DNA of 23,550 nucleotides from Calditrichia bacterium (GTDB lineage: Bacteria; Calditrichota; Calditrichia; RBG-13-44-9). This document shows positions 9,064-16,946 of this stretch, piece after piece (the first letter of the stretch is position 1; each line of letters starts with the position of its first letter). The stretch is taken from assembly GCA_037381445.1 (NCBI GenBank), contig JARRQT010000046.1, positions 1 through 23,550 on the forward strand. The letters are read 5' to 3'. Below the pieces are notes generated by a model. The model made no database searches. It was not told the DNA's origin and saw nothing but the letters and a program-made list of their open reading frames with translations. Both the position numbers and the translations under genes were made by a program.

Positions 9064-10659
9064 TTGATGATGAATCTGGTGTCGTTACTCAACATAGTAA
9101 CATTTCTTCCGCTGCTGGGCGTGGTCATTCTGCTTATGATCCCAAGGACCGAGGAAAAGCTGGTCAAGAGCTGGGCGTTTCTGGTAAGTCTGATTACCTT
9201 TCTGCTTTCGCTGCCCCTATTCTATGGCTTCAAAGGCGGTGTGAGCACAATCCAGTTTGAGACCATTAAGCACTGGATCCCCACTATGGGCGCCTCCTAT
9301 CACGTGGGAGTGGATGGCATCAGCATTCTCATGTTCATGCTGACAACGTTTATCATGCCCATTGCTATCCTTGCTTCCTTCAGCGCTATCAATACCAGGG
9401 TAAAAGAGTATATGATCGCCATGTTATTCCTGGAAACCGGGATGATGGGCGTATTCATTTCTCTCGATCTCCTGCTGTTTTATGTTTTCTGGGAAGCCAT
9501 GCTGATCCCGATGTACCTGCTGATCGGAATATGGGGCGGACCGCGGCGGATTTATGCTGCCATAAAATTCGTGCTTTTCACTATGGTTGGTTCGGTGCTG
9601 ATGCTGGCCGCCATTCTCTACCTGTATTTTATGTATCACAATTACACTGGCGTTTATACTTTTAATTTGCTGAAAATCTATGAAATGAACATACCGTTTG
9701 ATCTGCAGATTTGGCTGTTTGCAGCGTTCGGGCTGGCGTTTGCCATTAAAGTGCCCATGTTCCCCCTGCATACCTGGCTGCCTGATGCACACGTGGAGGC
9801 GCCCACCGCCGGCTCCATTATTCTGGCAGGCATACTGCTGAAAATGGGAACGTATGGATTTCTGCGCTTCAACCTCCCGCTATTCCCCGGAGCGGCGGCA
9901 TATTTTACGCCCCTGTTTTTTATCCTCGCTACCATTGGAATCCTTTACGGCGCCTGGGTGGCGATGGTGCAGAAAGATGTCAAAAAGCTGGTCGCCTACT
10001 CATCGGTAGCCCATCTTGGATTTGTAATGCTGGGGATTTTTGCCCTGACGGTGCAGAGTGTGCAGGGCGGCATCATTCAAATGGTAAATCATGGCTTATC
10101 CACCGGGGCGCTTTTCCTTGCAGTGGGAATGATCTATGAGCGGCGCCATACCCGGAATATTGAAGATTTCGGCGGAGTGAGCAAGGTCATGCCGGTTTTC
10201 GCTGCGCTGTTTCTGATTGTCTGCCTGTCCTCCCTGGGTCTGCCAGGCACCAACGGCTTTATCGGTGAGTTCCTGATTCTGATCGGTACCTTCCAGGTGA
10301 CAAAAACTTTTGCCATCCTCGGGACGGCAGGGATTATTTTCGCCGCGGTTTATTTGCTGTGGATGTATCGCAGGGTGATGTTCGGTCCCATTACCCGGGA
10401 TGAAAACCGTAAGCTTGTGGACCTCAACGGGCGCGAGATCGGAACCCTTCTGGCGCTGATCTTCTTCATTCTCTGGATCGGTGTCTATCCAAAAACATTC
10501 ATGGACAAAACGGAAGCGACGGTTGTCAATCTGATTCAAAAGGTAAAAACCGGCCAAGTTGTTATGGAGCGCGAAAATAGGGCTCCCATATTCGGACAAT
10601 TTTTGAATATTTACAAGAACACCGCTCAGAAAAATTCACAGGAATTGTCCCAAAGATAA
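9064..10659 (+). CDS. nuoM: NADH-quinone oxidoreductase subunit M (likely start ATG 9067 or 9070)
   Basis: GVDGIS, FYVFWEAMLIPMY, IKVPMFPLHTWLPDAHVEAPTAGS, LLKMGTYG, GFIGEF; GGAG at 9056-9059. Confidence 0.97.
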   Translation: MMMNLVSLLNIVTFLPLLGVVILLMIPRTEEKLVKSWAFLVSLITFLLSLPLFYGFKGGVSTIQFETIKHWIPTMGASYHVGVDGISILMFMLTTFIMPIAILASFSAINTRVKEYMIAMLFLETGMMGVFISLDLLLFYVFWEAMLIPMYLLIGIWGGPRRIYAAIKFVLFTMVGSVLMLAAILYLYFMYHNYTGVYTFNLLKIYEMNIPFDLQIWLFAAFGLAFAIKVPMFPLHTWLPDAHVEAPTAGSIILAGILLKMGTYGFLRFNLPLFPGAAAYFTPLFFILATIGILYGAWVAMVQKDVKKLVAYSSVAHLGFVMLGIFALTVQSVQGGIIQMVNHGLSTGALFLAVGMIYERRHTRNIEDFGGVSKVMPVFAALFLIVCLSSLGLPGTNGFIGEFLILIGTFQVTKTFAILGTAGIIFAAVYLLWMYRRVMFGPITRDENRKLVDLNGREIGTLLALIFFILWIGVYPKTFMDKTEATVVNLIQKVKTGQVVMERENRAPIFGQFLNIYKNTAQKNSQELSQR

Positions 10660-10695
10660 TGAAGTTATAACGGTTTGATTGGAGGAATATAGTAG

Positions 10696-12123
10696 ATGTC
10701 TGTGAATCTTGGCAGTTCGGATTTTCTGGGAATACTCCCGCATATGATTCTGGCCGTTTTCGGTATTTACCTGATGGCCCAGGGAGTATTTACATCGAAC
10801 CGGAAAGTTATCGCATATTTAGGATTGGTCGGAATTGCGCTGGCGATCATCGGGAATTTCTTCCTGGTGGGCAAAGACTATACCGCATTCGGAGAAATGA
10901 TAAGAGTTGACCGTCTCTCGGTAATATTGAATTTCATTTTCCTGGTCACCGCCGGCTTAAGCCTTCTGATGGCCACCAGTTATTCCGAGCAGGTGAATGT
11001 GGAATTTATCGAATTTACTCCGCTGGTTCTCTTTTCCACGGTTGGAATGATGCTGATGGGAAGCGCCGGTCATCTGATGATAATCTTTCTGGGACTGGAA
11101 ACCATGTCCATTGCCCTGTATGTGATGGCGGGCTTTCGGCGTGACAACCGTTATTCCCTGGAGGCGGCTCTAAAATATTTTCTGCTGGGAGCGTTCGCTA
11201 CCGGTTTTCTCCTTTACGGCATTGCCCTCATCTATGGAGTAGTGGGCAGTACCGATCTGAATTCGGTCTCGGAATATTTTACCAAAAATTCTCTGTCCAC
11301 TAATCTTTTGGCAACTGTTGGACTGGGCTTGCTGATTGTCGGCTTCGGATTTAAAGTGGCGCTGGTGCCGTTCCATATGTGGACACCGGATGTGTATCAG
11401 GGAGCTCCCATGCCGGTTACCGCCTACATGGCGGTGGGCGCCAAGGCCGCCGGATTTGCGGCAATTCTCAGGGTCATTTTCCAGAGCGCTTTTTATGTTT
11501 CTTTCCAGTGGTCCCATGTTTTGTGGATACTCGCGATTCTTACCATGACGGTAGGGAATATCATCGCGCTGGTACAGACTGATATTAAAAGAATGCTGGC
11601 CTACTCCAGCATCGCCCATGCCGGCTATCTTCTGGTGGGTGTTGTTGCCGGGAATGACCTGACGACCCCCAGTGTCATTTTTTACCTCATCGCTTATCTT
11701 TTCATGAACATTGGTGCTTTTGCCGTGGCCGAACTCGTCAGCGGCAAAGATGAGCAGAAGACCAGTATCGAAAATTTCAAGGGGCTGGGCTACCGTCAGC
11801 CGCTGCTGGGCCTGGTGATGGGTATCTGCATGTTCAGTCTGGCCGGATTCCCACCCACAGCCGGTTTCATTGGGAAATTCTACCTGTTCAGCGCTGCCAT
11901 GCAATCCGGTTATGTCTGGCTGGTTATTGCAGGGGTGCTGAATTCATTTCTTTCTGTCTATTATTATCTGCGGGTGGTTGTCGCCATGTATATGCAGGAT
12001 TCCACGGAAGAAGCGCCCATGGCCCCGGTATTACCAGGTGTCGGTGTGGTTTTGCTTTTTACCGCGATTGGTGTTTTATACCTGGGCGTCTTTCCGGGAA
12101 GTCTGATGGGCATGTTATTTTAG
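10696..12123 (+). CDS. nuoN: NADH-quinone oxidoreductase subunit N
   Basis: LETMSI, EAALKYFLLG, FKVALVPFHMWTPDVYQGAP, KRMLAYSSIAHAGY, GFIGKFYLF; GGAGG RBS at 10681-10685. Confidence 0.97.
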   Translation: MSVNLGSSDFLGILPHMILAVFGIYLMAQGVFTSNRKVIAYLGLVGIALAIIGNFFLVGKDYTAFGEMIRVDRLSVILNFIFLVTAGLSLLMATSYSEQVNVEFIEFTPLVLFSTVGMMLMGSAGHLMIIFLGLETMSIALYVMAGFRRDNRYSLEAALKYFLLGAFATGFLLYGIALIYGVVGSTDLNSVSEYFTKNSLSTNLLATVGLGLLIVGFGFKVALVPFHMWTPDVYQGAPMPVTAYMAVGAKAAGFAAILRVIFQSAFYVSFQWSHVLWILAILTMTVGNIIALVQTDIKRMLAYSSIAHAGYLLVGVVAGNDLTTPSVIFYLIAYLFMNIGAFAVAELVSGKDEQKTSIENFKGLGYRQPLLGLVMGICMFSLAGFPPTAGFIGKFYLFSAAMQSGYVWLVIAGVLNSFLSVYYYLRVVVAMYMQDSTEEAPMAPVLPGVGVVLLFTAIGVLYLGVFPGSLMGMLF

Positions 12124-12149
12124 GAAAAAGAGAAAATGTAAGTTTTGCG

Positions 12150-12187
12150 GCCCGGGATCTGAGTCCGATTCCGGGCTTTTGTTTCTT
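12150..12187 (+). terminator. Intrinsic terminator of the nuo operon
   Basis: Stem GCCCGGGATC (12150-12159) / GATTCCGGGC (12167-12176) with one G-U pair and a 7-nt loop, followed by TTTTGTTTCTT, 26 nt after the nuoN stop. Confidence 0.85.
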
Positions 12188-12422
12188 AAATAGAGTCGAA
12201 AATTAAATTTCACTGCACGTGTTTTGAATCATTTTTCTGTCGGCAGAACGGATCTAAATTGGAAATGTTCATTGTGGCAATAGAATTCAGGCTTAACGTG
12301 CGATTTCGGGTATCTTAAATGGATCTGATTAAATGGTCAAGCATTTTGGAAATCTGTTATTAAATATCAATATTTAAAGAGCCTAATATTTGAATTATTT
12401 TAATTTTTACTTTAAATTTAGC

Positions 12423-12451
12423 TTGATTTAATTTGCTCAGCATGATAAATT
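12423..12451 (+). promoter_or_regulatory. Candidate sigma70-type promoter for the porV cluster
   Basis: TTGATT (12423-12428), 17-nt spacer, TAAATT (12446-12451) with extended -10 TG at 12443-12444, below a very AT-rich upstream tract. AT richness raises the chance of a random match. Confidence 0.55.
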
Positions 12452-12489
12452 CTTGCGAAGATTAAAATTTTTGAGGGTGCGTATCGAAA

Positions 12490-12630
12490 TTTGTTAAGGA
12501 TGAATAGGCAGCAGAATCAGTAAAAGTAAATTTTTGGTTGTTAATAACTGTTCCTTAACAAAGTCTGGTAGTGCGCCCAAACGATGGAGCCGAATGTCGC
12601 TTGGGTAAGTTTGAAACATTCGGTTTTTTT
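12490..12630 (+). promoter_or_regulatory. Putative structured 5' leader / attenuator upstream of porV
   Basis: Perfect 11-bp inverted repeat 12490-12500 / 12552-12562; overlapping stems 12575-12584/12597-12606 and 12588-12597/12616-12625; T7 run at 12624-12630; RBS GGAGG at 12640-12644. Confidence 0.45.
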
Positions 12631-12651
12631 ATTTAATCTGGAGGTTTAATA

Positions 12652-13758
12652 ATGAGAGCCTTTTTATCGCTTTTAATAGTGGTTATGTTTGTTCCGGCAT
12701 TGTTCATTGGCTTGCATGCCCAGGGCGAAGCCACTGTTCTGTTTTTGATGATAAACCCTGGGGCCCGTCAGGGAGGCATGGGGGAAGCTGGCGTTGCTTT
12801 GGCGAGCGATGCAAATGCCATTTACTGGAACCCGGCAGGACTTGCCTTCCAGTACAACGATCCCGAAGTGGATAAGAAGGGCGAAGCCACGCTGATGCAT
12901 GTGAACTGGCTGCCGCAGTTCAATCTGGGAGACATGTATTATGATTTTGCAGCGGGCCGTTATTATATCCCCGATGTGGGCACTGTTGGACTGGGTATTC
13001 AGTACATGAATTACGGAAAAAGTATCTACACGGATGAAACCGGTCCCGATCCCCTGGGCGAATTTAACAGCAGTGAGGCGGCTGTAACTGCCAGTTACGC
13101 CCTCAAGGTGAAAGAGAATGTGGGCGTTGGCGTGAACCTGAAATATATCTATTCACGTCTTTCCCCGAAGGAAGTGCAGGTTGGCGCTGAAAAAGGCCGT
13201 GGAATTGCTTCTTCTTTCGCCGTTGATATCGGCGCTTTGTATCATCCCGGTTTCGCCAAAAATTTAAGTTTGGGTGCAAATATCAGCAATATCGGCCCCA
13301 AGATTTCTTACGTGGATTATGCCCAGGCCGATCCGCTTCCCACCAATCTGCGCCTCGGTTTCGCTTACCACCTGTTCAAGAGCCAGTACAACACCCTCAC
13401 GCTGGTTTATGATACCAATCGTCTGCTGGTGCATCGCTATACCACGGAGGACAGCGTGAATGTAGTGGACGGTGTGTTCAAAGCCATGTTTTATTCCACC
13501 TGGAAAGGCGGCGGTTTTTCCGGTCAGTTGAAGAAATTCACCCATTCCCTGGGACTGGAATACTGGTATACGGACCTCATCGCGCTGCGCATGGGCTATT
13601 TCTATGAAGACCCCAGCGCCGGCGGCCGTAAATTCTGGACATTTGGCGGCGGACTTCGCTATTCAGTATTTGGATTTGATTTTAGTTATATCTATGCATC
13701 GGTGAATGATCACCCGCTTTCCGATACCATGCGCTTTTCGTTGGGCATCCAATTCTAG
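12652..13758 (+). CDS. porV: PorV/PorQ-family (FadL-like) outer-membrane beta-barrel, T9SS shuttle-like
   Basis: Signal peptide (GLHA|Q); FLMINPGARQGGMGEAGVALASDANAIYWNPAGLAF, NWLPQF, NIGPKISY...LPTNLRLG, LRMGYFYE and HPLSDTMRFSLGIQF, all PorV-typical, with terminal Phe. Confidence 0.85.
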   Translation: MRAFLSLLIVVMFVPALFIGLHAQGEATVLFLMINPGARQGGMGEAGVALASDANAIYWNPAGLAFQYNDPEVDKKGEATLMHVNWLPQFNLGDMYYDFAAGRYYIPDVGTVGLGIQYMNYGKSIYTDETGPDPLGEFNSSEAAVTASYALKVKENVGVGVNLKYIYSRLSPKEVQVGAEKGRGIASSFAVDIGALYHPGFAKNLSLGANISNIGPKISYVDYAQADPLPTNLRLGFAYHLFKSQYNTLTLVYDTNRLLVHRYTTEDSVNVVDGVFKAMFYSTWKGGGFSGQLKKFTHSLGLEYWYTDLIALRMGYFYEDPSAGGRKFWTFGGGLRYSVFGFDFSYIYASVNDHPLSDTMRFSLGIQF

Positions 13759-13773
13759 AAAAAACTTGAAAAT

Positions 13774-13814
13774 TTAAAAAACTCCTCGTTTTATGTGAGC
13801 GGGGAGTTTTTTAA
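13774..13814. terminator. Bidirectional-type intrinsic terminator after porV
   Basis: TTAAAAAACTCCTCGTT...AGCGGGGAGTTTTTTAA inverted repeat with G-U pairs, with A6 before and T6 after the GC core. Confidence 0.8.
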
Positions 13815-13847
13815 TCTGAAGCTCGGTAATACGAGGAATGGATTTCT

Positions 13848-16800
13848 GTGATGAAAATGAGATATTTTTTTGGGCTGTCTGCCTTTGCTTTCCTGCTGCT
13901 GTCACAAACCATATTTGCCGCTCCCGTTCAATCCGATACCATTCGTGTGCTGGGAATTCGGGTGGAATTCAAAGTTGACGATGCCAAAACTACCAGCGGC
14001 GACGGCAAATTCAATCTTTCGCAGCCCAGCGGACCTTATCAGATCGATCCGCCGCCCCACAACAGAAGCTATTTTCAGGATCATATGATCGCCCTCAGGA
14101 ATTATTTCCGGAAGGTGTCCGGGGGAAAACTGGTCATTGAAGGAGATGTTTATCCGGAACAGCAGGATGCAGCCTATCAGCTGCCCAATCAGATGACCTA
14201 TTACAATCCCAATACCACGCCCGATCAGATCAATACCGGTCTGGCCAATCTGATGCGGGATGCCTTTGGGAGCGCCGATGTGGACCCGGCGATCGATTTC
14301 AGCAAATATCAGAGCTTTGTGGTTTTTCATGCCGGGGTGGGAAAAGATGTGGAACTGGGAGCGGATGAAACGCCCCAGGACATCCCTTCTCTTTTTATCA
14401 CTCAAAAATTTCTGGATACCTATCTTAATCAGAAACCTATCCTGGTGGATGACGGAACGGTGCAGATTAAAAACGGCATGCTGATTCCGGAAACGGAAAC
14501 CCAGGAGGGTATCGAGCTTGGCCTGAACGGTATTTTTGCATCGAATTTCGGTTCGCAGCTGGGGTGGCCCGATTTGTTCAGTCCCGAAACCAGGCGTTCC
14601 GGGATCGGGCGTTTCGGCCTCATGGATGCCGGCCTGTTCAACGGCGATGGCCTGCTGCCTGCCGTCCCTTGCGCCTGGACCCGCACATATGCCGGATGGA
14701 GCGAACCGATCAATATCTATTATTCGCCGAATGATGAATTGCAGATACATCCCCCGCTGTCTCCCTCCCGGGAAAACCTCTACCGGGTGCCGATTAACGA
14801 AAAGGAATACTTTCTGGTGGAAAACCGTTACTCCGGCAAATATAAACTGGACAGTCTGCAGTATGAGCTGAGCCAGGGCCGCGACGTTTATCCCTCCATG
14901 AAGGAAGTCCTGCTGCTTCCTGAATTGGCGGACCAGGTTACCTTCAGCGACAGCACTGGCGTGCTGATCGATGTCAAAAATCCCGATCTCGGATTATCCG
15001 GAAACGGCTGTCTCATCTGGCATATCGACGAGAATGTGATTGAACAGAATCTGGCGACAAATACCATCAATGCTGATCCGGAGCACCGCGGGGTGGACCT
15101 GGATGAGGCTGATGGTTCGCAGGATATCGGCCAGGAATTTGATTTTCTGAGCGCCGGCGCTGGTTCGGAAAACGGATGGATTCTGGATATGTGGTACAAG
15201 GGGAACGATGCCCCGCTTTTTAAGAACAGGTTTTCTCCAAACAGCGTTCCCAATAGCCGCAGTTACTATAATCGGGCCAACAGCCATATCACCATTTCCG
15301 ATTTTTCGGCACCGGATTCAGTCATGAGTTTTCGGGTAAATTTTGATATTTACCAGCAGAATTTTCCTAGGGCAATAAATCCGCAGACCTATGGCCGGAT
15401 TACTTCGCTCAAAGTCAGTGATCTGGATTTTACGGGCGAAAATGATCTTATTCTGACCACAGACAGATCAAAAATCCTGGTGGTAAGCAAATCGGGGGAA
15501 TCGGTTTGGGGAAGCGACTCGCTGGAGATTGCCGAGCTGCCTGGAAAAATATTGCCGCCACCCGCTCTCTTTTCCGTTCCGACCGCCGCGGGGAATCAGG
15601 TAAAAGCACTTGTGGCGCTGACGACGGACGGCGGCGTTTTCGGCTTCAGGTTCACCGGCACAACATTTGATACTCTCTTTGACGCCTTCAAACTATCCAG
15701 TGCCATCACAACTTTTCCCACGGTTTTCTATGATGCTGATAGAATTCCCAATGTGGTTTGGGGAACTGAGGCTGGTCGGGTTTACCGGATGAATATCGCT
15801 GATGCGGATTCGCCGCCGGATACCAGCGCCTACGCGGTCGGAGAAGCGGTGAAGTTCCTGCATGTAAACGGGGATAATCAGATCATCGCGGTCACGGTAT
15901 CCGGCAAGGTATACCGGAATGATCAGTTGATCGGTCAGACCGGGCTGCCCTATTTTTCGCCGGTTGGGAATTCTGCGGCGGCCCTGACCAGAAACGGGGA
16001 ATTCCTGTCCCTGGAGCAGCCGGTCTCTCAGGGTGCGGAGAGCGGACTATTCCGTTTTGATTCACCTATGATTTCTTATCTGTTTGATGAGAATTCCGAA
16101 AATCCGGTTTACTTCGTGGCGGGAAATAATAATCTGTATTCTTTCAATTATAACTACACGCTTTCTGACAATTTTCCGGTTCCCATTTACAAGCCGGCCA
16201 GGAATATCAGTCTTGCCCTGTCGCCGCTGCTGGGCAAATTTTTTAATTCCGGTCAGGCGGAAGAATATGGAATCGTGGTGGCCGATCCGGCAGGGCTCAT
16301 AGATGGATTTGATCTGCAGGCCAAACAGTTGTCCGATTTTCCGCTGGCCCTGGGCGATTCCCTCACGGTAACCCCGGCCCTGCTGGATATCGACGGGGAT
16401 AAAGATGTTGAGATTGCCGCCGGTGACCGGAACGGGATTCTCTATATCTGGGACCTGGCTGCCCAATTTTATCCACAGGGCTGGAATCAGTTATATTCCG
16501 ATGAGAGCAACAGCAACCGGCCGCTGGCTCCCTCCGGAACCGTGCCGCCGGTTGAGCAAACCAAATACGCGCAGCTTTTGCCGAAAGAACGCGTTTACAA
16601 TTGGCCCAATCCCAATACCCGGGATTTTACTTTCATTCGCTACTATCTGACAGAGCAGGCGCAGGTGTCGATCAAGATTTATGATCTGGCAGGCGATCTG
16701 GTAAATGAGTTTCCGGGTTCGGGGGACGCACTGACGGCGAATGAAGTCCGCTGGAATCTGCAGGATGTGCAGAGCGGTGTTTATTTTGCCCGGGTCCATG

Positions 16801-16856
16801 CAAAAAGCAGCAGCAGGGACGAAACCCGGATAATAAAAATTGCGGTGGTAAAATAG
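13848..16856 (+). CDS. Secreted M6 (immune inhibitor A)-like metalloprotease homologue with degenerate zinc motif, FG-GAP-like repeats and T9SS type A-like C-terminal sorting domain
   Basis: Signal peptide; VLGIRVEF, NYFRKVSGG, VVFHAGVG, ASNFGSQLGWPDLF, FGLMDAG, EYFLVENR, GCLIWHIDE and GVDLDEADG are M6-type motifs; DLDFTGENDLI and DIDGDKDVEI repeats; C-terminal VYNWPNP...IKIYDLAG...SGVYFARV...KIAVVK. Confidence 0.8.
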   Translation: MMKMRYFFGLSAFAFLLLSQTIFAAPVQSDTIRVLGIRVEFKVDDAKTTSGDGKFNLSQPSGPYQIDPPPHNRSYFQDHMIALRNYFRKVSGGKLVIEGDVYPEQQDAAYQLPNQMTYYNPNTTPDQINTGLANLMRDAFGSADVDPAIDFSKYQSFVVFHAGVGKDVELGADETPQDIPSLFITQKFLDTYLNQKPILVDDGTVQIKNGMLIPETETQEGIELGLNGIFASNFGSQLGWPDLFSPETRRSGIGRFGLMDAGLFNGDGLLPAVPCAWTRTYAGWSEPINIYYSPNDELQIHPPLSPSRENLYRVPINEKEYFLVENRYSGKYKLDSLQYELSQGRDVYPSMKEVLLLPELADQVTFSDSTGVLIDVKNPDLGLSGNGCLIWHIDENVIEQNLATNTINADPEHRGVDLDEADGSQDIGQEFDFLSAGAGSENGWILDMWYKGNDAPLFKNRFSPNSVPNSRSYYNRANSHITISDFSAPDSVMSFRVNFDIYQQNFPRAINPQTYGRITSLKVSDLDFTGENDLILTTDRSKILVVSKSGESVWGSDSLEIAELPGKILPPPALFSVPTAAGNQVKALVALTTDGGVFGFRFTGTTFDTLFDAFKLSSAITTFPTVFYDADRIPNVVWGTEAGRVYRMNIADADSPPDTSAYAVGEAVKFLHVNGDNQIIAVTVSGKVYRNDQLIGQTGLPYFSPVGNSAAALTRNGEFLSLEQPVSQGAESGLFRFDSPMISYLFDENSENPVYFVAGNNNLYSFNYNYTLSDNFPVPIYKPARNISLALSPLLGKFFNSGQAEEYGIVVADPAGLIDGFDLQAKQLSDFPLALGDSLTVTPALLDIDGDKDVEIAAGDRNGILYIWDLAAQFYPQGWNQLYSDESNSNRPLAPSGTVPPVEQTKYAQLLPKERVYNWPNPNTRDFTFIRYYLTEQAQVSIKIYDLAGDLVNEFPGSGDALTANEVRWNLQDVQSGVYFARVHAKSSSRDETRIIKIAVVK

Positions 16857-16946
16857 AATAAGCGGCGGCTGGTCGATGCCCTGCTTTTTGAAGTCGCCGT
16901 TTAATAAATTGGATTTAAAAATCAGCTTCAGAAGTGTGAATATTTT

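Noticed and set aside
7207..10659. Extra antiporter subunit (2M-type complex I) suggested by four ORFs in the L-M-N region
   Set aside because: The two ORFs before nuoM are consecutive halves of one nuoL; only one nuoM is present.
12575..12630. Fluoride, SAM-II or c-di-GMP riboswitch
   Set aside because: CGATGGAG resembles the start of the fluoride motif, but the downstream conserved elements are absent and other class consensus sequences were not seen; kept only as an unknown structured leader.
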